Shown: positions 28,383-38,701 of the stretch, piece by piece
Layout: every line of letters starts with the position of its first letter
How positions within the stretch are numbered: the stretch's first letter is position 1
Assembly: GCA_963664015.2 (NCBI GenBank)
Contig: CAXXLF010000001.1
Coordinates: 64,001-128,000 of the forward strand
Source of the DNA: Candidatus Binatia bacterium
Lineage (GTDB): Bacteria; Desulfobacterota; Binatia; UBA9968; CAXXLF01
Direction of reading: 5' to 3'
Length of the DNA stretch: 64,000 nt
Position numbers and translations under genes: made by a program
Notes under the pieces: model-generated
Databases searched by the model: none
What the model was told of the DNA's origin: nothing
Seen by the model: the letters and a program-made list of their open reading frames with translations, nothing else

Positions 28383-29405
28383 ATGTCAAAAGGTTACATT
28401 GATGCTGACGGACATGTCATGGAGAACGAAGACGATCTGCTATCATTCGTAGCAGCGCCATTCAATAACCGGGGAGCGCGCAATATGGTACCGAGTTTAG
28501 ACCACTTTCACACGCCCTCCGACGGCACGCCACGAACACCTGGAACCTTCGATAGGAACACCGGGCCGGATCAATGGCTCAATTTCCTACAGAAATCGGA
28601 AACCGAGTATACGGTGCTCTATCCGACTACCGGATTGGCCTACGGCAATATGGCCTATCCGCAGTGGGCCCTGGCCTACGCCCAAGGCTACAACGACTAC
28701 ATCCACGCCCGGTACCTCAAACGGAGCCCCCGCTTTCAAGCGGTTTCTCTCATTCCGATGCAAAATGTCCCCGATGCGGTGACCGAACTGCGCCGTTCGG
28801 TTAAAGAACTGGGGTTTGTCGGAGCCATGATACCTTCCAACGGACTGACCCGCCACGTGAGCCACCCCGAGTTCTGGCCGATCTACGAGGAAGCGGAAAA
28901 ACTGGGTTGTGTCCTGGCCGTCCATGGAGGCAGCTATATCAATCTCGGCTTCAACACCTATATGGAATTTCCCGCAACCCGCGCCCTTGGGATGCCGTTC
29001 CCACTGGCTATCGCCCTCACGGGGATGATCGTTGACGGGGTATTGGATCGGTTCCCAAAGTTGCATTTAGGATTTATGGAGGGGGGGACGGCCTGGATTC
29101 CCTTGGTACTCGACCGACTCGAACGCGAGTTGGAATACGGCGGCCTCAAACTCAAACGGCACCCTGAGGACTACTTCACGGAGGACCGAATCTTCGTCGG
29201 ATGCGAGGGTAATGAGAAGGCCCTAGCGTACGCCATCGAGCGAGTGGGGCCACAGCCTTTCATGTTCGCTTCCGATTTTCCCCACGAAATCTCCATCAGC
29301 AATTGCATGGAAGAGATCGACGAGATTCTGGAACGGGAGGATATCAAAAAGGAACACAAGGCCGCTATTCTGGGTGAGAACGCACGCCGGTTCTACCGTC
29401 ACTAA
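28383..29405 (+). CDS. Amidohydrolase_2 family protein (LigI/LigJ/ACMSD-like superfamily)
   Basis: IDADGHVME, AVHGG, FMEGG, FASDFPH, ILGENA motifs. Confidence 0.92.
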   Translation: MSKGYIDADGHVMENEDDLLSFVAAPFNNRGARNMVPSLDHFHTPSDGTPRTPGTFDRNTGPDQWLNFLQKSETEYTVLYPTTGLAYGNMAYPQWALAYAQGYNDYIHARYLKRSPRFQAVSLIPMQNVPDAVTELRRSVKELGFVGAMIPSNGLTRHVSHPEFWPIYEEAEKLGCVLAVHGGSYINLGFNTYMEFPATRALGMPFPLAIALTGMIVDGVLDRFPKLHLGFMEGGTAWIPLVLDRLERELEYGGLKLKRHPEDYFTEDRIFVGCEGNEKALAYAIERVGPQPFMFASDFPHEISISNCMEEIDEILEREDIKKEHKAAILGENARRFYRH

Positions 29406-29813
29406 ATCCATTAGCCGTGTGAACGGCTGCTCCACGCTTCGATGGTGCCAGTTTACATGTGCAGGCTCTGGGAGAGATGACGTCCTGACAAGGGGTCTGT
29501 CAGATAATTCCCCTTGATATTGAAAGGGAACCAGACCAGGGTCGCGCCGGCCACGGCAAGTTCATCCTGCTGAAGAGATTAAAAAGGAAGGGGAGTGCCA
29601 GATACTAAGCCTCTGATATTTAAAGATTTTGCCCGAATAGGAGAGGGTAGCCGATACCCTATTATGGAACAACTTGGTAAAAAACGTCCTGTTTCGGCAT
29701 TCACCGGATTTGCTAAAACCGGTGGGAAATGGATCGACACTATTAAATCGACCGCCGGCAATAGAGAGGCGCAACGGATTAGGAGTGGAGAAAGGCGGAA
29801 AAACTCGCCGCGG

Positions 29814-30902
29814 CTACAACTGATAGAGCCGCTGCGGATTCACTGAGAGGATCTTTTCCATCGTATTATCGCTGAGATCGCCCCGGGCTTTAAGTCCAAT
29901 GGCCAACTGATCCTGGCGAAAATTATCGCCGTGTGGAAAGTCCGTCGCCGTAACCAGGAAGTCTTTGCCTACCTTACTCATAATATAAGGGATATCGTCA
30001 TCCAACGCGCACGAGACAAAGACCCTCTCGCCCAGCACCTCGTCGATGATAGCCCCTCTGCGCGCCCGCAAGCCTTTAACGAGACGGACAGTCCACTCGG
30101 ATCCGGCCTCCAGAAAACTGAACCGGAGTTTGGGAAAGTCTTCGAGGATGCTCGAGCTGAGAATCTGCTGAAAGGCGTATAGAACGTAAGGCCCGCTGAC
30201 CAACCCGTTGCCCAGCGGGTGAATATGCGGCCGCGAGTCGTCGTAGGCGGGACGGGGCACACCCTGAAACATCTCACGGATCATGGGGCTCGACCCGTTA
30301 CCTACATGAACGGTAATCGGGAGATTCTGCCGCTCGGCTTCTTCATAGATAGGCCAGTGATCTGGATGGGTCAGGGGCCGGTCCCACTCAATGCCGCGGG
30401 CGTATATCCCGGCTACGGAACCAAGGGACTTGACCCGTTTGATCTCCTTAACCGCCAACTCGGGTCGGCGCCAGGGAACGATCGCCACGTACCATAGGCG
30501 CCCACCCGATTGGCTGCACTGCGTTGCCATGAACTGATTGTAGCTCCGCGCTAGCGCCGCCTCGAGATCGACGTTTTCCGCAAGGCACCCGAGCCATATG
30601 GATGGGAAGACGACCTGCTTATCGATACCGAGCTCGTCCAGACACGATAGCCGTGCCCTGACGTCGCGCATCTCCTGTACCGGTATCGGCACGTCCTTCT
30701 CATGGGCGCGCTTCATCAAAGTCGGATTGGCAGCAAAGAAGCGCAGCTTGTAATCGATAATCCAAGCCGCATTGTGCGAGCCGAAGCAGGTGTCCTCTGG
30801 TAAAACGACCGGAATGGGTCGAAGCAGATAGAACTCAGGGTCGAGGTGATGCCACGTTTCAAGGCACTCTTCGACGTGCGCGTCGCAATCGATCACTCCC
30901 AT
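29814..30902 (-). CDS. Amidohydrolase_2 family protein
   Basis: IDCDAHVEE, TVHVG, FLEAG, ATDFPHGD motifs. Confidence 0.9.
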   Translation of the reverse strand: MGVIDCDAHVEECLETWHHLDPEFYLLRPIPVVLPEDTCFGSHNAAWIIDYKLRFFAANPTLMKRAHEKDVPIPVQEMRDVRARLSCLDELGIDKQVVFPSIWLGCLAENVDLEAALARSYNQFMATQCSQSGGRLWYVAIVPWRRPELAVKEIKRVKSLGSVAGIYARGIEWDRPLTHPDHWPIYEEAERQNLPITVHVGNGSSPMIREMFQGVPRPAYDDSRPHIHPLGNGLVSGPYVLYAFQQILSSSILEDFPKLRFSFLEAGSEWTVRLVKGLRARRGAIIDEVLGERVFVSCALDDDIPYIMSKVGKDFLVTATDFPHGDNFRQDQLAIGLKARGDLSDNTMEKILSVNPQRLYQL

Positions 30903-30991
30903 AAACTGAATCCTCCAGGGTAAATAACCTTACCTACCGATGGGAACGCGGAATGTCAATATTTCGGATTCCGCAATTAAAGCCGTGACCT

Positions 30992-32152
30992 CTAGGGGAA
31001 TTTGAAATCTTTGACTTCGATATTTTCTAGTCCGAGTTTTAGAAAGGTCTCGATGTCTAGGCTGTCTTCCTCCCGTTCCACGTCGATGAGGCTTGCCTTG
31101 GTCGCAGGGTGCTTGGGCACGAACAGGGTGCAGCAGTCTTCGTCGGGAACCGCCGAAAAGTTAAAGGTCCCGATGGCCCTGGCCTGATCCACTATCTCCT
31201 GCTTATCCATACCAACCAGTGGGCGGAGGATCGGCAGATGGGCCGCATTCTCGATCACGGTTAGATTCTGCAGTGTCTGGGAAGCCACCTGGGCGAGGCT
31301 CTCGCCCGTAACCAGGGCCTTCGCCTTTTCCTTGCGGGCAATGGCTTCGGCCAGTCGGACCATCATTCTGCGGTAGAGGACGACCCGGAGTGGTCTTGAG
31401 ACACCGGCAACAATCTGGCGCTGGATTTCCCCAAAGGGGACCAGGTAGAGACGGGATGTGAACTGGTGCCGCGTCAGTATGCCGACAAGCTGCTGCACCT
31501 TTTCCTGTGAGGATCGGTCCAGATAGGGCACACTATGAAAATGAACGAATATCAGACGGCACCCGCGCTTCATCATCCGATAGGAAGCTACCGGCGAATC
31601 GAATCCTCCCGAGATGAGTGAAACGACTCTGCCGCTGGCTCCGACCGGCAGGCCACCAGGCCCGGGAATCTTGTCCAGGCTGAAAAAAGCCTCACGGGAG
31701 AGGAGCTCGATGGATACCGTGAACTCGGCGTCTTTGAGGTCTACCCGCGCGCCTGACTGGGCCTTAACGGCTCCGCCCACTTCACGGTTAACCTCCGGCG
31801 AAGTGAGGGGATACCTCTTGTCGGCCCGCTTGGTCTGGACACGGAAGGAATCGAAGTGTTTATCTTTGACGCCTTCGAGGATACGCGCTTTCAGGGTCTC
31901 CAGATCGAGCGGAGACTTTTCGGCAAAAGAAAAGTTCGCCACACCGAAGACCGTCGCCACCCTACGGCGAACCTCCTCATGATCCACCTCACCTTTGAAA
32001 TTCATCAGCAGGCGACCGGGCAGCGCCTTAACCTCGCGAATGCCCAGACCACCCACCACCGAGGCTAGATTTTTCCGCAGCAGCTCGACGAAGTAGGAAC
32101 GGTTACCGCGCTTCAGTGCCACCTCATGATAACGGACCAGCACCGCATTCAT
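30992..32152 (-). CDS. thiI: tRNA 4-thiouridine synthase ThiI (THUMP plus PP-loop, no C-terminal rhodanese)
   Basis: RYHEVALKRGNR, GPGGLPVG, SGGFDSPVA, TGESLAQVASQT, DCC motifs. Confidence 0.95.
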   Translation of the reverse strand: MNAVLVRYHEVALKRGNRSYFVELLRKNLASVVGGLGIREVKALPGRLLMNFKGEVDHEEVRRRVATVFGVANFSFAEKSPLDLETLKARILEGVKDKHFDSFRVQTKRADKRYPLTSPEVNREVGGAVKAQSGARVDLKDAEFTVSIELLSREAFFSLDKIPGPGGLPVGASGRVVSLISGGFDSPVASYRMMKRGCRLIFVHFHSVPYLDRSSQEKVQQLVGILTRHQFTSRLYLVPFGEIQRQIVAGVSRPLRVVLYRRMMVRLAEAIARKEKAKALVTGESLAQVASQTLQNLTVIENAAHLPILRPLVGMDKQEIVDQARAIGTFNFSAVPDEDCCTLFVPKHPATKASLIDVEREEDSLDIETFLKLGLENIEVKDFKFP

Positions 32153-32228
32153 GGATTCAAGCTAGCATAGGCAGTATTCTTTTGCATCGCCCCCGCCTCG
32201 TGCTAGGATTCGGCTTGGAGGACCACTT

Positions 32229-32555
32229 ATGGGAAAGTTCAAAAAGATTTCCGAGGCTAGCCAGTTCGCATCGGAGAAGATGAAAAAGAACGGTCTGTTC
32301 GATACCGACCGGATGTTCTGTGACCTCTATTGCTTAGAGCCGGGACAGGCTCAGTCCGTGCATAGCCACGAGGGATCAGATAAGGTCTATTTCGTCGTGC
32401 AGGGACATGGAATGTTTCAGATTGGTGACGAGGAGCGGGAGCTCGGCAAGGACGAGATCGCCCTGGCGCCATCGGGGCAAAAGCACGGCGTTAAAAATGC
32501 TAGCCAGGACCGACTCGTTCTTCTGGTCTTCATGGCACCCAAACCGCAGCATTAG
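32229..32555 (+). CDS. Cupin domain protein
   Basis: PGQAQSVHSH..SDKVYFVVQG and KHGVKN motifs. Confidence 0.88.
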   Translation: MGKFKKISEASQFASEKMKKNGLFDTDRMFCDLYCLEPGQAQSVHSHEGSDKVYFVVQGHGMFQIGDEERELGKDEIALAPSGQKHGVKNASQDRLVLLVFMAPKPQH

Positions 32556-32597
32556 CTCCGAGCTTGCATGCCGATGGGTTCGGGGTTAGGAGTTTTT

Positions 32598-33017
32598 ATG
32601 ACTCAAGAGCAGGAAGAGGTTGCCCAGGCTAATCTAGAGTTTTACCGGGCTTTCGAGAGTCTCGATATTAACAAGATGGAGAAGGTATGGCTCAATGAGA
32701 GCTACGTTCGCTGCATCCACCCGGGTTGGGCGCTTCTGACCGGTTGGGACAACGTCATCACCAGCTGGCGCAATATTTTCCAGAACACTAAGGAGATGCA
32801 CTTTCGCCTGACCGAGGTAACGGTTCACGTCCGAGGCTCACTGGCCTGGCTCACACTGTATGAAAATATCACCAGCCGTGTCGGCGAGGATAACGCAGCA
32901 GGGGTTATTCTGACCACCAATGTCTTCGAAAAATGGGACGGCAAATGGTGGATTATCCATCATCACGGTGGGCCGACCATGGCAGCGACCACGGAATCCG
33001 AGACCACGCTCCATTGA
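32598..33017 (+). CDS. SnoaL-like/NTF2 family protein
   Basis: ANLEFYRAFE, CIHPGW, TNVFE...W.IIHHH motifs; RBS AGGAG. Confidence 0.88.
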   Translation: MTQEQEEVAQANLEFYRAFESLDINKMEKVWLNESYVRCIHPGWALLTGWDNVITSWRNIFQNTKEMHFRLTEVTVHVRGSLAWLTLYENITSRVGEDNAAGVILTTNVFEKWDGKWWIIHHHGGPTMAATTESETTLH

Positions 33018-33033
33018 AAGGATTGAAGACATC

Positions 33034-33753
33034 TTGAAGTCATTTAACGGAAGGGTTTCTATCGTCACCGGCGCCGGCAGGGGGATCGGCAAGGCTATCG
33101 CCTTACGGCTCGCCCAATCGGGATCGAAGGTCGTTCTGGCCGCTCGCAGCGAAGCCCAGTTGGAAGCCGTTGCTGGAGAGATCAAAGGTCAGCAGGGAGA
33201 AGCCCTCGTCGTCCCCACGGATCTGACCCGGGATGAAGATATCGAGCGCCTTGTTGAGCGAACGGTAAAGGAATGGGGCCCCGCCGACAATCTCATCAAT
33301 AATGCTGGCTGGGGCAAGACGGCCTCCGTGGTCAAATCAAAGGTCTCCGAATGGGATCGAACCTTTCAGGTCAACTTGCGCGCGCCCATGGTGTTGAGCC
33401 GCCTGGTCCTCCCCGCCATGATGGAAAAAGGCGACGGCGCGGTCATAAACATTTCCTCTGTCTCAGGAAAGGCGGGCCACGCCAACGGCTCTGCCTATTC
33501 GGCTTCCAAGTTCGGCCTGATCGGCTTCAGCGAGTCCCTGTACGAAGAGGTCAGGGGATACGGGATTCGGGTAACCACCATTCTACCTGGTTTTGTGGAT
33601 ACCGAGCTCATTCCACCGGTGAAGCACCTGGACCGTAGCAAGATGATTCAGCCCGATGACATTGCCCAGGCAGTACTCTTCGTCCTCGCGTCACCCCCGA
33701 CCAGCTGTCCGGTCGAGTTGACCCTTCGGCCACAAAAGACGCCCTACAAGTAG
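33034..33753 (+). CDS. SDR family oxidoreductase
   Basis: TGAGRGIG, NNAG, YSASK motifs; start uncertain (TTG 33034). Confidence 0.92.
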   Translation: MKSFNGRVSIVTGAGRGIGKAIALRLAQSGSKVVLAARSEAQLEAVAGEIKGQQGEALVVPTDLTRDEDIERLVERTVKEWGPADNLINNAGWGKTASVVKSKVSEWDRTFQVNLRAPMVLSRLVLPAMMEKGDGAVINISSVSGKAGHANGSAYSASKFGLIGFSESLYEEVRGYGIRVTTILPGFVDTELIPPVKHLDRSKMIQPDDIAQAVLFVLASPPTSCPVELTLRPQKTPYK

Positions 33754-33757
33754 TCCT

Positions 33758-34423
33758 TCAGTCGCGCGTTTTTCTCTTTTTAAGCTGATTAGGTTTAAGA
33801 CCCTGGAAGGGTTCCTTACTCATGCGGACCACGTCGGAAAGGTAGTTGATAAACTTTACCTCAGCCCAGGAACCGTCGATCTCTATGGCGCTCAGCGAGC
33901 CGTTATCGATCCGGATACGCCGGAATTCATTGAGGGGCAACTTGAGGTAATAGCAGAGGATGGCGCGGATCACGTCGCCATGGGAGACAAAGAGGAGGCG
34001 ACCATTGGGGTACTCCCGGGAACCACGGCGTAGTGCCTTGAGTCCCCGCTTCTGCACCCCGGGAATGGTCTCACCGCCGGGCACGGCGGCGGTGATCGGA
34101 TCTTTTAGAAATCGATGATACGCCTCGTCCTTGATCAAGTCTTCGAAGGTGCATCCTTCCCACCTCCCAAAGGCGACCTCCGTCAGGTTTACGTCGGTCT
34201 CGACGGTGAGGTTTTGGCTGCCCGCGAGAATGAAGGCGGTGTCCAGAGTACGCTTCAACGGACTTGAATAGATGACCCGGACGTCCAGGTCGGGCAGAAG
34301 TTTGGCGATACGGCGAGCTTGTGCGGTCCCTTGCCGGTTGAGGGGGACCTCCTGCCGTCCCATGACGCGCTTCTGGTTATTCCAGGCGGTCTCGCCATGG
34401 CGCATGAGAAAAAGCGTTTCCAT
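33758..34423 (-). CDS. Histidine phosphatase (phosphoglycerate mutase family)
   Basis: RHGET, SSPLKR, E..FG.WEG, VSHGDVIR motifs. Confidence 0.92.
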   Translation of the reverse strand: METLFLMRHGETAWNNQKRVMGRQEVPLNRQGTAQARRIAKLLPDLDVRVIYSSPLKRTLDTAFILAGSQNLTVETDVNLTEVAFGRWEGCTFEDLIKDEAYHRFLKDPITAAVPGGETIPGVQKRGLKALRRGSREYPNGRLLFVSHGDVIRAILCYYLKLPLNEFRRIRIDNGSLSAIEIDGSWAEVKFINYLSDVVRMSKEPFQGLKPNQLKKRKTRD

Positions 34424-34446
34424 CGGTTGCGTGTTTACAAGAATAC

Positions 34447-34485
34447 AAGAAAAGAGAGGCCGGGGTAAACCCCCAGCCTCTCTTT
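34447..34485 (-). terminator. Intrinsic terminator downstream of moeB
   Basis: AAAGAGAGGC and GCCTCTCTTT arms around GGGG-TAAA-CCCC; U-rich tail on the minus strand. Confidence 0.65.
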
Positions 34486-34507
34486 AGGTTCCGGTCAGTC
34501 AGGATTT

Positions 34508-35686
34508 TTATGCTGCATTCGACTCTGCGAGGCTGCAAAACTCCTCGTAGTCGATAAGCTTGTCAATAATAGGCTTTTCACCGCACACGGGGCATTCGGG
34601 ATCCTTCCTCAGGTTCAGCGTGGTGATCTCCATGGTGAGCGTATTGAAATGGAGGAGTTTACCCACCAGCAAATTCCCCTTGCCGAGAATGTACTTGATA
34701 GTCTCTAGCGCCTGGACGCAACCGATGAGACCCGGCAAGACTCCCAGGACACCGGCTTCGGCGCAGCTAGGCGCCATTCCAGGGGGAGGTGGCTCCGGAT
34801 AAAGGCAGCGGTAGCAAGGGCCGCTGGACGGATCAAAAACGGACGCTTGGCCTTCGAACTGGAAGATGCTGCCATGAACGTTGGGTTTCCCCGCGATCAC
34901 GCAGGCATCATTTATCAGATAACGGGTTGCGAAGTTATCGCAACCATCGACGATGATGTCGTAGTCTTTAATGATCTCCATGATGTTGGCCGAGGTCAAC
35001 TTCTCTTGATAGGTATTTATACGCACGTCCGGGTTGAGGGCCTGAAGCGTCTGCTTCGCAGACTCGACCTTTGGTTGGCCAACACGATCATTGTTGTGGA
35101 GGATCTGCCGTTGCAGGTTGGATATATCCACGAGATCGTGGTCGATGATACCCATCGTGCCGATTCCCGCAGCCGCGAGGTAATAGGCCGATGGCGATCC
35201 GAGACCTCCGGCACCAACCATCAGAACCTTGGCGTCAAGAAGCTTGGCTTGGCCCTCCTCGCCGACCTCAGGAAGCAGGAAGTGGCGGCTGTAGCGCTCT
35301 AGCTGCTCGGTTGTGAACTGGCGGTCCTTTACTTCCTTGAAACCCGCCGCCTTCCAGGCTGAATAGCCGCCCGACATTGAGATGACATCCTCGTAGCCCA
35401 TCTCCTTCATGTCTTTGGCTGCCAGGAGAGAACGTACACCACCTGCGCAGTAAGCGATGATCGGGATCTGTTTATCGGGAACTGTGCCTTCTACCTGGAT
35501 CTCTAAAAAGCCACGGGGTAGGGAAACGGCGCCTTCAAGGTGCCCGGCACGGTACTCTTCCTTCTCACGGACATCCAGCAAGAGGTATTCCGCATTTTTC
35601 GACACCAGGTCGTTAACCTGCTGAACATTGAGCTCCTTGACCTCTTTTCGGGCCTCACTCATGAGCTGGTCAAAGGTTTTAGCCAT
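34508..35686 (-). CDS. moeB: Molybdopterin-synthase adenylyltransferase MoeB/ThiF with N-terminal rhodanese domain
   Basis: Rhodanese YCAGGVRS; RYSRH, GAGGLGSP, SNLQRQ, CYRC, SCAEAGV, CPVC motifs. Confidence 0.93.
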   Translation of the reverse strand: MAKTFDQLMSEARKEVKELNVQQVNDLVSKNAEYLLLDVREKEEYRAGHLEGAVSLPRGFLEIQVEGTVPDKQIPIIAYCAGGVRSLLAAKDMKEMGYEDVISMSGGYSAWKAAGFKEVKDRQFTTEQLERYSRHFLLPEVGEEGQAKLLDAKVLMVGAGGLGSPSAYYLAAAGIGTMGIIDHDLVDISNLQRQILHNNDRVGQPKVESAKQTLQALNPDVRINTYQEKLTSANIMEIIKDYDIIVDGCDNFATRYLINDACVIAGKPNVHGSIFQFEGQASVFDPSSGPCYRCLYPEPPPPGMAPSCAEAGVLGVLPGLIGCVQALETIKYILGKGNLLVGKLLHFNTLTMEITTLNLRKDPECPVCGEKPIIDKLIDYEEFCSLAESNAA

Positions 35687-35889
35687 AGCCCCTCCTTAAT
35701 AAATTATAAGCCTACTAATTAACTAGCTTTTCATAGAAGCTGGACTTAGTAGACCTAAGATAAGGCGGATTGCCTTATATGGCAAGGTTCTAGACATATC
35801 CGCTCGGAATTTACACCTAATATTGACCACTTTAAATTTAACACTTTCGGGTTCCAAAAACCACTTGTTAAATCCAGTTTGTATTCAAT

Positions 35890-36025
35890 CGCCTGCAGGA
35901 TCGCCGGGTTGACCACGATAATGTAGGAAATGGTCATGTAAGGTGGTAACCCCCGCAACGATTTCGCGCCGGGAATTCGCCCCGTTACTCTCGAAGTCGA
36001 AGTACTTCCGAATGCCGTTCAACAT
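35890..36025 (-). pseudogene. N-terminal remnant of an NCS2/AzgA-type nucleobase permease
   Basis: With two frameshifts it reads MLNGIRKYFDF..NSRREIVAGVTT-MTISYIIVVNPAIL. Confidence 0.7.
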
Positions 36026-36146
36026 GGAATAAAACCCCAGGGCAAAAAAATTAGTCAAAGCCCCAACCGGGTGTCAATAATTTATTAATCAGGTAGGAAG
36101 GAAACACCATTGACTATTGCCTTGCCGGAACCCCTGATGCTAAGCC

Positions 36147-36392
36147 TTGAATATTGCCATGACTGTATGCAAACATACCAGCCTCGACTTATTGCCCGGA
36201 CCGAAGGGTAGGCTTCGGTGCCGTCGTTGCTATCTGACGATCGAAAAGCACGAGCTCGGCGAGAGCTATTGCCCCGAGTGCTTCGAGAGCAGCGGCAAGA
36301 AACGGTATGATTTCGAAGACGTTCAGACGACCGGATCAGAACCGACCCGATACCGGTGCGAAGAATGCGGCGTGATCGTTGAATGTGAATAG
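36147..36392 (+). CDS. Small Cys-rich zinc-finger-like protein
   Basis: CKH, CRRC, CPEC and CEEC motifs in 81 aa. Confidence 0.65.
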   Translation: MNIAMTVCKHTSLDLLPGPKGRLRCRRCYLTIEKHELGESYCPECFESSGKKRYDFEDVQTTGSEPTRYRCEECGVIVECE

Positions 36393-36632
36393 GCCGATCC
36401 CCCAAGCGGTTAATCATAATAGGAACAGCACCCTTTTAGCTGCCGGTAGGGGGATTAAGTAAGTTAATAATTCCTTTCAATATTCAGCCCCTATCCCATG
36501 TTTCTTAAGTTTAACTTTTCAATTGTATTTCGAGGGATTAGGCTTAGATTTTTCATTATAGGCCAATCCGACAGAACGTGACATACTGACATAAGACAGC
36601 GCATCGCAATTGAACAGCAACCCACATCCGAT

Positions 36633-37110
36633 ATGAACGAAGACAAGCGCCAGCAGGCGGAAAGGCGGTTGAAGGTAATCTCGGATTGGGGGCAATTTTT
36701 GGAACATAGCCCGGGTGTCGGTGAAATAAGGGATGCTTCAGAATTGCCGCACCCCAAGAAAGAAATCTTGGTTGCTATATGTCTTGAATTGCTTCGAGAT
36801 AACGATGACGACCGCCGAGAAGTACTAAAGGCTGGAGCGATTTTTCTTGTCAATTTTCAGGATGGAGTCGGAACAGAACCGCTGAGTATGTTGGGAATTT
36901 CCGTCGAAGAGATGGCGCACTCCGCTGAATCCGAGGATGCGCTGCTGGCGCTGCTGCCAAGAATAGCAAATAACCCAAACCGAGGAAGATATGAAACCTT
37001 ATAAGGCTTTAGCCGACGAGGAAAGCACATCGATACAAGCAAAGCTGGCAGCAGCGGAACTGTTGGGGCAGCAGATGCGGGAGGACAAGAAGCGGGAAAT
37101 TTTGGGCTAA
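36633..37110 (+). pseudogene. Hypothetical protein with a probable frameshift near 37000
   Basis: IRDASELPHPKKEI...FQDGVG; an alternate frame continues YKALADEESTSIQAKL...KREILG* to 37110. Confidence 0.55.
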
Positions 37111-37336
37111 GAGAAAAGGTTCATATTAGCCCCAATTTCTTCTGTTCCCGCAGCATTGCAAACGCAATGCCAAACTGAACCACCATTTCAACCGCCATTA
37201 TACAAACAAAGACAGCGGCTAAATCCAGCAAGCTGGAGCGGGAAAATACAGCCATCAGGGCAATAACAAGGGTATATGCCGGTCAGCATATAACTTGTCA
37301 GGCGCACACATAGAGTAAATACAATAGGAGCAGCGA

Positions 37337-37545
37337 ATAGTCACACTTGTTCAGGAGTCATGGAAAGAAGTCGCCTCGATTGCACCGATGGTGTTCAGGA
37401 GTCGCACTGCAAAGCAGTTGGCGCTGCACTTCTCAAGACGCGCGAGCAAGGCTTGGGCGAAGATTCTGAGCAATCTGTCAAAGACGCATGGACAAGCGTA
37501 TACAGCGCCACGGCGAACGTCATGTTTGCTGCATCAAAACCCTGA
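37337..37545 (+). pseudogene. Single-domain globin remnant with internal deletion
   Basis: A-helix VTLVQESWKEVASIAP joined out of frame to G/H helices GVQESH.KAVGAALLKT.EQGLGE...VKDAWTSVY. Confidence 0.75.
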
Positions 37546-37617
37546 GCCTAACAATTAAATCGAGCGGAAACTGCCCGCTTATGCCAGACGTTGGATGGCT
37601 TTAACGGAGCATATGAT

Positions 37618-37995
37618 TTGAATGAGGATATCAAAAAGGTAGTGAGGATGTTTCCAAGCATTGAGGCTGCAAATGCTGCAGTGGGCATCCTCATGGCTGA
37701 TGGAATCGAGACGGTGATCAAGTCGAATGATTCCGAAGGTGGGCTCCCACCGTTACAGTCATCCAAGGGGGGACCGATACTGGTCAAGGCAGTCGATGAG
37801 TTCAGAGCCAGAAGAATTCTCGCCATAGCATGGCCAAGCACAGAAACAGATAGCGAGGATGATTGGGCGCCCGAGATGTCAGGACTTCTCAAACGCTCAC
37901 GGAGGCGAGCTCCCGTCATCGCCGGGTGATTGTTCGTCGTGTTTTTTGTAATCCCGCTTAACATTGCCGTAATTATCGCGCTTGCAGTCTCTTGA
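37618..37995 (+). pseudogene. DUF2007-like protein whose C-terminal TM helix is interrupted by TGA
   Basis: F.SIEAA...GILMADGIE...ILVKA.DE.RARRIL; AG*LFVVFFVIPLNIAVII. Confidence 0.6.
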
Positions 37996-38202
37996 GAGAG
38001 AGCGCCCACTCATAATTTCTATCCTAGTTGATTTCCATTCTTAAAACCTTTTTTTGTATCTAACTGAAATTGAAGTAAAATATGATTTAATTGCTAAACA
38101 GGTTCGTATCTGCGGTTCGGCTCCTGCGTGCCGCCAAACTCAATCACTTTGAGAATCAGGAGTTTAATTGGAGATGCCGTCTGACGGCCAGTTTATAAAC
38201 CC

Positions 38203-38613
38203 CATGGCTAAACAAAGCCAAAAGGCAAAAAAACCAAGGCCAGCACCAACGGAAAGAGGGCGAACGTATCCGCGGTCGAATTTATCCTCAAATGGATCGG
38301 TCCATTTCGGATCGACGGGTAATTTTTCACACCTCACAGGGAGAAGTATGAATTGGAAACCGCCTTTATCGGTGCAGGCTTTTTACAGCTGGTAATCGGA
38401 TCTTTGGCTTTTTTTCTGCCGCATAAAAGGATGGTCCGTTGGGCTATCGAGTCCAGAGAGAAGTTGATGGAACGGTATATGACCAGAGGCGACGAGAAAA
38501 TGGTTCTCGGGCTGTCACGAGAGATCGCTGCCGTAGAGGCAACGTCCCCACTTTATTCAAAGATTTGTATCGGGATCGGTGCACTCCTGCTTGCCACAGC
38601 TCTCTTATTCTAA
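38203..38613 (+). pseudogene. Disrupted small membrane protein
   Basis: Frameshift and in-frame TAA (WIGPFRIDG*FF) upstream of a two-TM ORF at 38353-38613. Confidence 0.45.
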
Positions 38614-38701
38614 AAAAGGGCCAGGCCAAGCAGCCCCTCCCACTCCACCAAGGAGTCGATTGTCAAAAGCAAATTCCACAGCCCTTAGGTTTGGAACGGG
38701 T

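Noticed and set aside
29410-29810. Short ORFs and a sigma54-like TGGCAC-N5-TTCCT between convergent amidohydrolases
   Set aside because: The -12 element is imperfect and no credible downstream gene was found.
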